DNA from: the human T2T-CHM13v2.0 reference genome, Homo sapiens
NCBI RefSeq assembly: GCF_009914755.1
Contig: NC_060939.1
Strand: one strand, 5' to 3'
DNA: 64,000 nucleotides
The stretch's first letter is position 1. Each line of letters begins with the position of its first letter. Of this stretch, positions 41,101 through 56,600 are shown one piece after another. The translations under genes were made by a program, and so were the position numbers. The notes under the pieces are model-generated. The model was given only the letters and a program-made list of their open reading frames with translations, ran no database searches and had not been told where the DNA came from.

Positions 41101-44100
41101 TCAATTCCATTCCATTTGATTCCATTCCACTCGGTTTCATTCCATTTGAGTCCACTCCATTCCATTCCATTGCATTCCATTCAGTTCCATTCCATTCTGT
41201 TCCATTCCATTCCGTTCCATTACATTCCATTCCATTCGGTACCATTCCATATTGTTCCATTCGATTCCATTCGAATCCATTCCATTCCAGTCCATTCCAT
41301 TCGATTCCATTCCATTCATTTCAATTCCATTCCATTCCATTCCATTACATTCCACTTGATTCCTCTCCATTCCCTTCCACTGCATTCTGTTCGATTCCAT
41401 TCCATTGCATTGCATTCCATTGCATTGGATTGCATTCCATTCGATTCCATTCCATTCGAATCAATTACATAGCAATCCATTACATTCGAGTCTATTCTAT
41501 TCCGTTCCATTCGATTTCGTTCCAATCCATTCGATTCCATTCCATTCGATTCCATTCCATACTATTGCATTCCATTCGATTACATTATATTCGAATAAGT
41601 TCCATTCAAGACCATTTCTTTTGAGTCCATTCTATTTGAGTCCATTCCCTTTGATTCCATAACATTTGAGTCCATTCAATTCCATTCCTTTCGTTTCCAT
41701 TCCATTTGATGCCATTCCATTCAATTCTGTTCTACTCGACTCCAATACACTCAATTCCATTCCATCCGATTCCATTACATTCTTTTCATTTCTCATCCAT
41801 TTCAAGCCATTCCACTCCATTCCATTCCACTCGTTTCCTTTCCATTCGAGTCCATTCCTCTCCAGTCCATTCCGTTCAATCCATTCCATTCCAGTCCATT
41901 CCATTCGAGTCCGTTCCATTCCAGTCCATTCCATTCGAGTCAATTCCATTCCATTCGATGTCTTTCCATAACGATCCATTCCATTCTATTCCTTTCGATT
42001 CCATTCCATTCTATTTCATTCCATTCGATTCCCTTCCATTGGACTCCTTTCCATTCGAGTGCATTCCATTCCTTTCCATTTCTTTCCGTTCTGTACGATT
42101 CCTACCGTTCGATTTCATTTTGTTCCAGTCCATTCCTTTCGCGTCCATTCCATTCCATTTCACTCCATTCGATTCCATTCCACTCGATTCCACTTCGTTC
42201 CATTTCATTGCATTCCATTCTATTCAACTCTATTGCCTTCCATTCCATTCCATTCGATTACATTCCATGCGATTCCATTCGAAATCGAATCAATTACATT
42301 GCAATCCATTACTATTGAGTCCGTTTTATTCCAGTCCACTGCATTCTGGTCCATTCCATTTGATTCCATTCCATTCTATTCCATTCCATACAGTTGCATT
42401 CCATTGGATTCCATGCTATATCTATAAATTCAATTCGAGACCATTGCTTTTGAGTCCATTCTATATGATTCCATTCCATTCAAGTCCATTACATTTGGTT
42501 CAATTCCATTCCATTCCATTCCCTTCCATTCCATTCCATTTGATATCAATCCATTCGATTCCATTCCATTCGAGCACATTCCATTCGAGTCCATTCCATT
42601 CGATGCCATTCCATTTGATTCTATTCCATTAGTCTCCATTCAATTCCATTAATCTCCATTCCATTCCATTCTACTCCAACTGATTCCATTCCATTCTATT
42701 CCTTTCCATTCCATTTCATTCCATTCCATTCCATTTCATTCCATTCCATTCCATTCGTGTCCATTCCACTCCAGTCCATTCCATTCGTGTCCATTCCATT
42801 CCAGTCCATTCCATTTGTGTCCACTGCATTCCATTCCACTCCATTCCATATTATTCCATTACACTCCATTCCATTCTATTACTTTCATTTCCATTCAATT
42901 CCATTCCATTTGATTCCATTCCACTCGGTTTCATTCCATTTGAGTCCACTCCATTCCATTCCATTCCATTCCATTCAGTTCCATTCCATTCTGTTCCATT
43001 CCATTCCCTTCCATTACATTCCATTCCATTCGGTACCATTCCATATTGTTCCATTCGATTCCATTCGAATCCATTCCATTCCAGTCCATTCCATTCGATT
43101 CCATTCCATTCATTTCAATTCCATTCCATTCCATTCCATTACATTCCACTTGATTCCTCTCCATTCCCTTCCACTGCATTCCGTTCGATTCCATTCCATT
43201 GCATTGCATTCCATTCCATTGGATTGCATTCCATTCGATTCCATTCCATTCGAATCAATTACATAGCAATCCATTACATTCGAGTCTATTCTCTTCCGTT
43301 CCATTCGATTTCGTTCCAATCCATTCGATTCCATTCCATTCGATTCCATTCCATGCTATTGCATTCCATTCTATTACATTATATTCGAATAAGTTCCATT
43401 CAAGACCATTTCTTTTGAGTCCATTCTATTTGAGTCCATTCCCTTTGATTCCATAACATTTGAGTCCATTCAATTCCATTCCTTTCGTTTCCATTCCATT
43501 TGATGCCATTCCATTCAATTCTGTTCTACTCGACTCCAATACATTCAATTCCATTCCATCCGATTCCATTACATTCTTTTCATTTCTTATCCATTTCAAG
43601 CCATTCCACTCCATTCCATTCCACTCGTTTCCTTTCCATTCGAGTCCATTCCTCTCCAGTCCATTCCGTTCAATCCATTCCATTCCAGTCCATTCCATTC
43701 GAGTCCGTTCCATTCCAGTCCATTCCATTCGAGTCAATTCCATTCCATTCGATGTCTTTCCATAACGATCCATTCCATTCTATTCCTTTCGATTCCATTC
43801 CATTCTATTTCATTCCATTCGATTCCCTTCCATTGGACTCCTTTCCATTCGAGTGCATTCCATTCCGTTCCATTTCTTTCCGTTCTGTACGATTCCTACC
43901 GTTCGATTTCATTTTGTTCCAGTCCATTCCTTTCGCGTCCATTCCATTCCATTTCACTCCATTCGATTCCATTCCACTCGATTCCACTTCGTTCCATTTC
44001 ATTGCATTCCATTCTATTCAACTCTATTGCCTTCCATTCCATTCCATTCGATTACATTCCATGCGATTCCATTCGAAATCGAATCAATTACATTGCAATC

Positions 44101-47100
44101 CATTACTATTGAGTCCGTTTTATTCCAGTCCACTGCATTCTGGTCCATTCCATTTGATTCCATTCCATTCTATTCCATTCCATACAGTTGCATTCCATTG
44201 GATTCCATGCTATATCTATAAATTCAATTCGAGACCATTGCTTTTGATTCCATTCTATATGATTCCATTCCATTCAAATCCATTACATTTGGTTCAATTC
44301 CATTCCATTCCATTCCCTTCCATTCCATTCCATTTGATATCAATCCATTCGATTCCATTCCATTCGAGCACATTCCATTCGAGTCCATTCCATTCGATGC
44401 CATTCCATTTGATTCTATTCCATTAGTCTCCATTCAATTCCATTAATCTCCATTCCATTCCATTCTATTCCAACTGATTCCATTCCACTCTATTCCTTTC
44501 CATTCCATTTCATTCCATTCCATTCCATTTCATTCCATTCCATTCCATTCGTGTCCATTCCACTCCAGTCCATTCCATTCGTGTCCATTCCATTCCAGTC
44601 CATTCCATTTGTGTCCACTGCATTCCATTCCACTCCATTCCATATTATTCCATTACACTCCATTCCATTCTATTACTTTCATTTCCATTCAATTCCATTC
44701 CATTTGATTCCATTCCACTCGGTTTCATTCCATTTGAGTCCACTCCATTCCATTCCATTCCATTCCATTCAGTTCCATTCCATTCTGTTCCATTCCATTC
44801 CGTTCCATTACATTCCATTCCATTCGGTACCATTCCATATTGTTCCATTCGATTCCATTCGAATCCATTCCATTCCAGTCCATTCCATTCGATTCCATTC
44901 CATTCATTTCAATTCCATTCCATTCCATTCCATTCCATTCCACTTGATTCCTCTCCATTCCCTTCCACTGCATTCCGTTCGATTCCATTCCATTGCATTG
45001 CATTCCATTCCATTGGATTGCATTCCATTCGATTCCATTCCATTCGAATCAATTACATAGCAATCCATTACATTCGAGTCTATTCTCTTCCGTTCCATTC
45101 GATTTCGTTCCAATCCATTGGATTCCATTCCATTCGATTCCATTCCATACTATTGCATTCCATTCGATTACATTATATTCGAATAAGTTCCATTCAAGAC
45201 CATTTCTTTTGAGTCCATTCTATTTGAGTCCATTCCCTTTGATTCCATAACATTTGAGTCCATTCAATTCCATTCCTTTCGTTTCCATTCCATTTGATGC
45301 CATTCCATTCAATTCTGTTCTACTCGACTCCAATACACTCAATTCCATTCCATCCGATTCCATTACATTCTTTTCATTTCTTATCCATTTCAAGCCATTC
45401 CACTCCATTCCATTCCACTCGTTTCCTTTCCATTCGAGTCCATTCCTCTCCAGTCCATTCCGTTCAATCCATTCCATTCCAGTCCATTCCATTCGAGTCC
45501 GTTCCATTCCAGTCCATTCCATTCGAGTCAATTCCATCCCATTCGATGTCTTTCCATAACGATCCATTCCATTCTATTCCTTTCGATTCCATTCCATTCT
45601 ATTTCATTCCATTCGATTCCCTTCCATTGGACTCCTTTCCATTCGAGTGCATTCCATTCCGTTCCATTTCTTTCCGTTCTGTACGATTCCTACCGTTCGA
45701 TTTCATTTTGTTCCAGTCCATTCCTTTCGCGTCCATTCCATTCCATTTCACTCCATTCGATTCCATTCCACTCGATTCCACTTCGTTCCATTTCATTGCA
45801 TTCCATTCTATTCAACTCTATTGCCTTCCATTCCATTCCATTCGATTACATTCCATGCGATTCCATTCGAAATCGAATCAATTACATTGCAATCCATTAC
45901 TATTGAGTCCGTTTTATTCCAGTCCACTGCATTCTGGTCCATTCCATTTGATTCCATTCCATTCTATTCCATTCCATACAGTTGCATTCCATTGGATTCC
46001 ATGCTATATCTATAAATTCAATTCGAGACCATTGCTTTTGAGTCCATTCTATATGATTCCATTCCATTCAAATCCATTACTTTTGGTTCAATTCCATTCC
46101 ATTCCATTCCCTTCCATTCCATTCCATTTGATATCAATCCATTCGATTCCATTCCATTCGAGCACATTCCATTCGAGTCCATTCCATTCGATGCCATTCC
46201 ATTTGATTCTATTCCATTAGTCTCCATTCAATTCCATTAATCTCCATTCCATTCCATTCTATTCCAACTGATTCCATTCCACTCTATTCCTTTCCATTCC
46301 ATTTCATTCCATTCCATTCCATTTCATTCCATTCCATTCCATTCGTGTCCATTCCACTCCAGTCCATTCCATTCGTGTCCATTCCATTCCAGTCCATTCC
46401 ATTTGTGTCCACTGCATTCCATTCAACTCCATTCCATATTATTCCTTTACACTCCATTCCATTCTATCACTTTCATTTCCATTCAATTCCATTCCATTTG
46501 ATTCCATTCCACTCGGTTTCATTCCATTTGAGTCCACTCCATTCCATTCCATTGCATTCCATTCAGTTCCATTCCATTCTGTTCCATTCCATTCCGTTCC
46601 ATTACATTCCATTCCATTCGGTACCATTCCATATTGTTCCATTCGATTCCATTCGAATCCATTCCATTCCAGTCCATTCCATTCGATTCCATTCCATTCA
46701 TTTCAATTCCATTCCATTCCATTCCATTACATTCCACTTGATTCCTCTCCATTCCCTTCCACTGCATTCCGTTCGATTCCATTCCATTGCATTGCATTCC
46801 ATTCCATTGGATTGCATTCCATTCGATTCCATTCCATTCGAATCAATTACATAGCAATCCATTACATTCGAGTCTATTCTCTTCCGTTCCATTCGATTTC
46901 GTTCCAATCCATTGGATTCCATTCCATTCGATTCCATTCCATACTATTGCATTCCATTCGATTACATTATATTCGAATAAGTTCCATTCAAGACCATTTC
47001 TTTTGAGTCCATTCTATTTGAGTCCATTCCCTTTGATTCCATAACATTTGAGTCCATTCAATTCCATTCCTTTCGTTTCCATTCCATTTGATGCCATTCC

Positions 47101-48881
47101 ATTCAATTCTGTTCTACTCGACTCCAATACACTCAATTCCATTCCATCCGATTCCATTACATTCTTTTCATTTCTTATCCATTTCAAGCCATTCCACTCC
47201 ATTCCATTCCACTCGTTTCCTTTCCATTCGAGTCCATTCCTCTCCAGTCCATTCCGTTCAATCCATTCCATTCCAGTCCATTCCATTCGAGTCCGTTCCA
47301 TTCCAGTCCATTCCATTCGAGTCAATTCCATTCCATTCGATGTCTTTCCATAACGATCCATTCCATTCTATTCCTTTCGATTCCATTCCATTCTATTTCA
47401 TTCCATTCGATTCCCTTCCATTGGACTCCTTTCCATTCGAGTGCATTCCATTCCTTTCCATTTCTTTCCGTTCTGTACGATTCCTACCGTTCGATTTCAT
47501 TTTGTTCCAGTCCATTCCTTTCGCGTCCATTCCATTCCATTTCACTCCATTCGATTCCATTCCACTCGATTCCACTTCGTTCCATTTCATTGCATTCCAT
47601 TCTATTCAACTCTATTGCCTTCCATTCCATTCCATTCGATTACATTCCATGCGATTCCATTCGAAATCGAATCAATTACATTGCAATCCATTACTATTGA
47701 GTCCGTTTTATTCCAGTCCACTGCATTCTGGTCCATTCCATTTGATTCCATTCCATTCTATTCCATTCCATACAGTTGCATTCCATTGGATTCCATGCTA
47801 TATCTATAAATTCAATTCGAGACCATTGCTTTTGAGTCCATTCTATATGATTCCATTCCATTCAAGTCCATTACATTTGGTTCAATTCCATTCCATTCCA
47901 TTCCCTTCCATTCCATTCCATTTGATATCAATCCATTCGATTCCATTCCATTCGAGCACATTCCATTCGAGTCCATTCCATTCGATGCCATTCCATTTGA
48001 TTCTATTCCATTAGTCTCCATTCAATTCCATTAATCTCCATTCCATTCCATTCTACTCCAACTGATTCCATTCCATTCTATTCCTTTCCATTCCATTTCA
48101 TTCCATTCCATTCCATTTCATTCCATTCCATTCCATTCGTGTCCATTCCACTCCAGTCCATTCCATTCGTGTCCATTCCATTCCAGTCCATTCCATTTGT
48201 GTCCACTGCATTCCATTCCACTCCATTCCATATTATTCCATTACACTCCATTCCATTCTATCTCTTTCATTTCCATTCAATTCCATTCCATTTGATTCCA
48301 TTCCACTCGGTTTCATTCCATTTGAGTCCACTCCATTCCATTCCATTGCATTCCATTCAGTTCCATTCCATTCTGTTCCATTCCATTCCGTTCCATTACA
48401 TTCCATTCCATTCGGTACCATTCCATATTGTTCCATTCGATTCCATTCGAATCCATTCCATTCCAGTCCATTCCATTCGATTCCATTCCATTCATTTCAA
48501 TTCCATTCCATTCCATTCCATTACATTCCACTTGATTCCTCTCCATTCCCTTCCACTGCATTCTGTTCGATTCCATTCCATTGCATTGAATTCCATTCCA
48601 TTGGATTGCATTCCATTCGATTCCATTCCATTCGAATCAATTACATAGCAATCCATTACATTCGAGTCTATTCTATTCCGTTCCATTCGATTTCGTTCCA
48701 ATCCATTCGATTCCATTCCATTCGATTCCATTCCATACTATTGCATTCCATTCGATTACATTATATTCGAATAAGTTCCATTCAAGACCATTTCTTTTGA
48801 GTCCATTCTATTTGAGTCCATTCCCTTTGATTCCATAACATTTGAGTCCATTCAATTCCATTCCTTTCGTTTCCATTCCAT

Positions 48882-50660
48882 TTGATGCCATTCCATTCAA
48901 TTCTGTTCTACTCGACTCCAATACACTCAATTCCATTCCATCCGATTCCATTACATTCTTTTCATTTCTCATCCATTTCAAGCCATTCCACTCCATTCCA
49001 TTCCACTCGTTTCCTTTCCATTCGAGTCCATTCCTCTCCAGTCCATTCCGTTCAATCCATTCCATTCCAGTCCATTCCATTCGAGTCCGTTCCATTCCAG
49101 TCCATTCCATTCGAGTCAATTCCATTCCATTCGATGTCTTTCCATAAAGATCCATTCCATTCTATTCCTTTCGATTCCATTCCATTCTATTTCATTCCAT
49201 TCGATTCCCTTCCATTGGACTCCTCTCCATTCGAGTGCATTCCATTCCTTTCCATTTCTTTCCGTTCTGTACGATTCCTACCGTTCGATTTCATTTTGTT
49301 CCAGTCCATTCCTTTCGCGTCCATTCCATTCCATTTCACTCCATTCGATTCCATTCCACTCGATTCCACTTCGTTCCATTTCATTGCATTCCATTCTATT
49401 CAACTCTATTGCCTTCCATTCCATTCCATTCGATTACATTCCATGCGATTCCATTCGAAATCGAATCAATTACATTGCAATCCATTACTATTGAGTCCGT
49501 TTTATTCCAGTCCACTGCATTCTGGTCCATTCCATTTGATTCCATTCCATTCTATTCCATTCCATACAGTTGCATTCCATTGGATTCCATGCTATATCTG
49601 TAAATTCAATTCGAGACCATTGCTTTTGAGTCCATTCTATATGATTCCATTCCATTCAAATCCATTACATTTGGTTCAATTCCATTCCATTCCATTCCCT
49701 TCCATTCCATTCCATTTGATATCAATCCATTCGATTCCATTCCATTCGAGCACATTCCATTCGAGTCCATTCCATTCGATGCCATTCCATTTGATTCTAT
49801 TCCATTAGTCTCCATTCAATTCCATTAATCTCCATTCCATTCCATTCTACTCCAACGGATTCCATTCCATTCTAATCCTTTCCATTCCATTTCATTCCAT
49901 TCCATTCCATTTCATTCCATTCCATTCCATTCGTGTCCATTCCACTCCAGTCCATTCCATTCCAGTCCATTCCATTTGTGTCCACTGCATTCCATTCCAC
50001 TCCATTCCATATTATTCCTTTACACTCCATTCCATTCTATCACTTTCATTTCCATTCAATTCCATTCCATTTGATTCCATTCCACTCGGTTTCATTCCAT
50101 TTGAGTCCACTCCATTCCATTCCATTGCATTCCATTCAGTTCCATTCCATTCTGTTCCATTCCATTCCCTTCCATTACATTCCATTCCATTCGGTACCAT
50201 TCCATATTGTTCCATTCGATTCCATTCGAATCCATTCCATTCCAGTCCATTCCATTCGATTCCATTCCATTCATTTCAATTCCATTCCATTCCATTCCAT
50301 TACATTCCACTTGATTCCTCTCCATTCCCTTCCACTGCATTCCGTTCGATTCCATTCCATTGCATTGCATTCCATTCCATTGGATTGCATTCCATTCGAT
50401 TCCATTCCATTCGAATCAATTACATAGCAATCCATTACATTCGAGTCTATTCTCTTCCGTTCCATTCGATTTCGTTCCAATCCATTGGATTCCATTCCAT
50501 TCGATTCCATTCCATACTATTGCATTCCATTCGATTACATTATATTCGAATAAGTTCCATTCAAGACCATTTCTTTTGAGTCCATTCTATTTGAGTCCAT
50601 TCCCTTTGATTCCATAACATTTGAGTCCATTCAATTCCATTCCTTTCGTTTCCATTCCAT
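48882..50660 (+). repeat. 1,779-bp variant unit (15-bp deletion), third copy
   Basis: Spacing 48882 to 50661 is 1779; same deletion near 49955; 164-aa pseudo-ORF at 49933. Confidence 0.93.
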
Positions 50661-53600
50661 TTGATGCCATTCCATTCAATTCTGTTCTACTCGACTCCAA
50701 TACACTCAATTCCATTCCATCCGATTCCATTACATTCTTTTCATTTCTTATCCATTTCAAGCCATTCCACTCCATTCCATTCCACTCGTTTCCTTTCCAT
50801 TCGAGTCCATTCCTCTCCAGTCCATTCCGTTCAATCCATTCCATTCCAGTCCATTCCATTCGAGTCCGTTCCATTCCAGTCCATTCCATTCGAGTCAATT
50901 CCATCCCATTCGATGTCTTTCCATAACGATCCATTCCATTCTATTCCTTTCGATTCCATTCCATTCTATTTCATTCCATTCGATTCCCTTCCATTGGACT
51001 CCTCTCCATTCGAGTGCATTCCATTCCTTTCCATTTCTTTCCGTTCTGTACGATTCCTACCGTTCGATTTCATTTTGTTCCAGTCCATTCCTTTCGCGTC
51101 CATTCCATTCCATTTCACTCCATTCGATTCCATTCCACTCGATTCCACTTCGTTCCATTTCATTGCATTCCATTCTATTCAACTCTATTGCCTTCCATTC
51201 CATTCCATTCGATTACATTCCATGCGATTCCATTCGAAATCGAATCAATTACATTGCAATCCATTACTATTGAGTCCGTTTTATTCCAGTCCACTGCATT
51301 CTGGTCCATTCCATTTGATTCCATTCCATTCTATTCCATTCCATACAGTTGCATTCCATTGGATTCCATGCTATATCTATAAATTCAATTCGAGACCATT
51401 GCTTTTGAGTCCATTCTATATGATTCCATTCCATTCAAGTCCATTACATTTGGTTCAATTCCATTCCATTCCATTCCCTTCCATTCCATTCCATTTGATA
51501 TCAATCCATTCGATTCCATTCCATTCGAGCACATTCCATTCGAGTCCATTCCATTCGATGCCATTCCATTTGATTCTATTCCATTAGTCTCCATTCAATT
51601 CCATTAATCTCCATTCCATTCCATTCTACTCCAACTGATTCCATTCCATTCTATTCCTTTCCATTCCATTTCATTCCATTCCATTCCATTTCATTCCATT
51701 CCATTCCATTCGTGTCCATTCCACTCCAGTCCATTCCATTCGTGTCCATTCCATTCCAGTCCATTCCATTTGTGTCCACTGCATTCCATTCCACTCCATT
51801 CCATATTATTCCATTACACTCCATTCCATTCTATCACTTTCATTTCCATTCAATTCCATTCCATTTGATTCCATTCCACTCGGTTTCATTCCATTTGAGT
51901 CCACTCCATTCCATTCCATTGCATTCCATTCAGTTCCATTCCATTCTGTTCCATTCCATTCCGTTCCATTACATTCCATTCCATTCGGTACCATTCCATA
52001 TTGTTCCATTCGATTCCATTCGAATCCATTCCATTCCAGTCCATTCCATTCGATTCCATTCCATTCATTTCAATTCCATTCCATTCCATTCCATTACATT
52101 CCACTTGATTCCTCTCCATTCCCTTCCACTGCATTCCGTTCGATTCCATTCCATTGCATTGCATTCCATTCCATTGGATTGCATTCCATTCGATTCCATT
52201 CCATTCGAATCAATTACATAGCAATCCATTACATTCGAGTCTATTCTATTCCGTTCCATTCGATTTCGTTCCAATCCATTCGATTCCATTCCATTCGATT
52301 CCATTCCATACTATTGCATTCCATTCGATTACATTATATTCGAATAAGTTCCATTCAAGACCATTTCTTTTGAGTCCATTCTATTTGAGTCCATTCCCTT
52401 TGATTCCATAACATTTGAGTCCATTCAATTCCATTCCTTTCGTTTCCATTCCATTTGATGCCATTCCATTCAATTCTGTTCTACTCGACTCCAATACACT
52501 CAATTCCATTCCATCCGATTCCATTACATTCTTTTCATTTCTTATCCATTTCAAGCCATTCCACTCCATTCCATTCCACTCGTTTCCTTTCCATTCGAGT
52601 CCATTCCTCTCCAGTCCATTCCGTTCAATCCATTCCATTCCAGTCCATTCCATTCGAGTCCGTTCCATTCCAGTCCATTCCATTCGAGTCAATTCCATTC
52701 CATTCGATGTCTTTCCATAACGATCCATTCCATTCTATTCCTTTCGATTCCATTCCATTCTATTTCATTCCATTCGATTCCCTTCCATTGGACTCCTTTC
52801 CATTCGAGTGCATTCCATTCCTTTCCATTTCTTTCCGTTCTGTACGATTCCTACCATTCGATTTCATTTTGTTCCAGTCCATTCCTTTCGCGTCCATTCC
52901 ATTCCATTTCACTCCATTCGATTCCATTCCACTCGATTCCACTTCGTTCCATTTCATTGCATTCCATTCTATTCAACTCTATTGCCTTCCATTCCATTCC
53001 ATTCGATTACATTCCATGCGATTCCATTCGAAATCGAATCAATTACATTGCAATCCATTACTATTGAGTCCGTTTTATTCCAGTCCACTGCATTCTGGTC
53101 CATTCCATTTGATTCCATTCCATTCTATTCCATTCCATACAGTTGCATTCCATTGGATTCCATGCTATATCTATAAATTCAATTCGAGACCATTGCTTTT
53201 GAGTCCATTCTATATGATTCCATTCCATTCAAGTCCATTACATTTGGTTCAATTCCATTCCATTCCATTCCCTTCCATTCCATTCCATTTGATATCAATC
53301 CATTCGATTCCATTCCATTCGAGCACATTCCATTCGAGTCCATTCCATTCGATGCCATTCCATTTGATTCTATTCCATTAGTCTCCATTCAATTCCATTA
53401 ATCTCCATTCCATTCCATTCTACTCCAACTGATTCCATTCCATTCTATTCCTTTCCATTCCATTTCATTCCATTCCATTCCATTTCATTCCATTCCATTC
53501 CATTCGTGTCCATTCCACTCCAGTCCATTCCATTCGTGTCCATTCCATTCCAGTCCATTCCATTTGTGTCCACTGCATTCCATTCCACTCCATTCCATAT

Positions 53601-56600
53601 TATTCCATTACACTCCATTCCATTCTATCTCTTTCATTTCCATTCAATTCCATTCCATTTGATTCCATTCCACTCGGTTTCATTCCATTTGAGTCCACTC
53701 CATTCCATTCCATTGCATTCCATTCAGTTCCATTCCATTCTGTTCCATTCCATTCCGTTCCATTACATTCCATTCCATTCGGTACCATTCCATATTGTTC
53801 CATTCGATTCCATTCGAATCCATTCCATTCCAGTCCATTCCATTCGATTCCATTCCATTCATTTCAATTCCATTCCATTCCATTCCATTACATTCCACTT
53901 GATTCCTCTCCATTCCCTTCCACTGCATTCTGTTCGATTCCATTCCATTGCATTGCATTCCATTGCATTGGATTGCATTCCATTCGATTCCATTCCATTC
54001 GAATCAATTACATAGCAATCCATTACATTCGAGTCTATTCTATTCCGTTCCATTCGATTTCGTTCCAATCCATTCGATTCCATTCCATTCGATTCCATTC
54101 CATACTATTGCATTCCATTCGATTACATTATATTCGAATAAGTTCCATTCAAGACCATTTCTTTTGAGTCCATTCTATTTGAGTCCATTCCCTTTGATTC
54201 CATAACATTTGAGTCCATTCAATTCCATTCCTTTCGTTTCCATTCCATTTGATGCCATTCCATTCAATTCTGTTCTACTCGACTCCAATACACTCAATTC
54301 CATTCCATCCGATTCCATTACATTCTTTTCATTTCTCATCCATTTCAAGCCATTCCACTCCATTCCATTCCACTCGTTTCCTTTCCATTCGAGTCCATTC
54401 CTCTCCAGTCCATTCCGTTCAATCCATTCCATTCCAGTCCATTCCATTCGAGTCCGTTCCATTCCAGTCCATTCCATTCGAGTCAATTCCATTCCATTCG
54501 ATGTCTTTCCATAACGATCCATTCCATTCTATTCCTTTCGATTCCATTCCATTCTATTTCATTCCATTCGATTCCCTTCCATTGGACTCCTCTCCATTCG
54601 AGTGCATTCCATTCCTTTCCATTTCTTTCCGTTCTGTACGATTCCTACCGTTCGATTTCATTTTGTTCCAGTCCATTCCTTTCGCGTCCATTCCATTCCA
54701 TTTCACTCCATTCGATTCCATTCCACTCGATTCCACTTCGTTCCATTTCATTGCATTCCATTCTATTCAACTCTATTGCCTTCCATTCCATTCCATTCGA
54801 TTACATTCCATGCGATTCCATTCGAAATCGAATCAATTACATTGCAATCCATTACTATTGAGTCCGTTTTATTCCAGTCCACTGCATTCTGGTCCATTCC
54901 ATTTGATTCCATTCCATTCTATTCCATTCCATACAGTTGCATTCCATTGGATTCCATGCTATATCTATAAATTCAATTCGAGACCATTGCTTTTGAGTCC
55001 ATTCTATATGATTCCATTCCATTCAAGTCCATTACATTTGGTTCAATTCCATTCCATTCCATTCCCTTCCATTCCATTCCATTTGATATCAATCCATTCG
55101 ATTCCATTCCATTCGAGCACATTCCATTCGAGTCCATTCCATTCGATGCCATTCCATTTGATTCTATTCCATTAGTCTCCATTCAATTCCATTAATCTCC
55201 ATTCCATTCCATTCTACTCCAACTGATTCCATTCCATTCTATTCCTTTCCATTCCATTTCATTCCATTCCATTCCATTTCATTCCATTCCATTCCATTCG
55301 TGTCCATTCCACTCCAGTCCATTCCATTCGTGTCCATTCCATTCCAGTCCATTCCATTTGTGTCCACTGCATTCCATTCCACTCCATTCCATATTATTCC
55401 ATTACACTCCATTCCATTCTATTACTTTCATTTCCATTCAATTCCATTCCATTTGATTCCATTCCACTCGGTTTCATTCCATTTGAGTCCACTCCATTCC
55501 ATTCCATTCCATTCCATTCAGTTCCATTCCATTCTGTTCCATTCCATTCCCTTCCATTACATTCCATTCCATTCGGTACCATTCCATATTGTTCCATTCG
55601 ATTCCATTCGAATCCATTCCATTCCAGTCCATTCCATTCGATTCCATTCCATTCATTTCAATTCCATTCCATTCCATTCCATTACATTCCACTTGATTCC
55701 TCTCCATTCCCTTCCACTGCATTCCGTTCGATTCCATTCCATTGCATTGCATTCCATTCCATTGGATTGCATTCCATTCGATTCCATTCCATTCGAATCA
55801 ATTACATAGCAATCCATTACATTCGAGTCTATTCTCTTCCGTTCCATTCGATTTCGTTCCAATCCATTCGATTCCATTCCATTCGATTCCATTCCATGCT
55901 ATTGCATTCCATTCTATTACATTATATTCGAATAAGTTCCATTCAAGACCATTTCTTTTGAGTCCATTCTATTTGAGTCCATTCCCTTTGATTCCATAAC
56001 ATTTGAGTCCATTCAATTCCATTCCTTTCGTTTCCATTCCATTTGATGCCATTCCATTCAATTCTGTTCTACTCGACTCCAATACATTCAATTCCATTCC
56101 ATCCGATTCCATTACATTCTTTTCATTTCTTATCCATTTCAAGCCATTCCACTCCATTCCATTCCACTCGTTTCCTTTCCATTCGAGTCCATTCCTCTCC
56201 AGTCCATTCCGTTCAATCCATTCCATTCCAGTCCATTCCATTCGAGTCCGTTCCATTCCAGTCCATTCCATTCGAGTCAATTCCATTCCATTCGATGTCT
56301 TTCCATAACGATCCATTCCATTCTATTCCTTTCGATTCCATTCCATTCTATTTCATTCCATTCGATTCCCTTCCATTGGACTCCTTTCCATTCGAGTGCA
56401 TTCCATTCCGTTCCATTTCTTTCCGTTCTGTACGATTCCTACCGTTCGATTTCATTTTGTTCCAGTCCATTCCTTTCGCGTCCATTCCATTCCATTTCAC
56501 TCCATTCGATTCCATTCCACTCGATTCCACTTCGTTCCATTTCATTGCATTCCATTCTATTCAACTCTATTGCCTTCCATTCCATTCCATTCGATTACAT

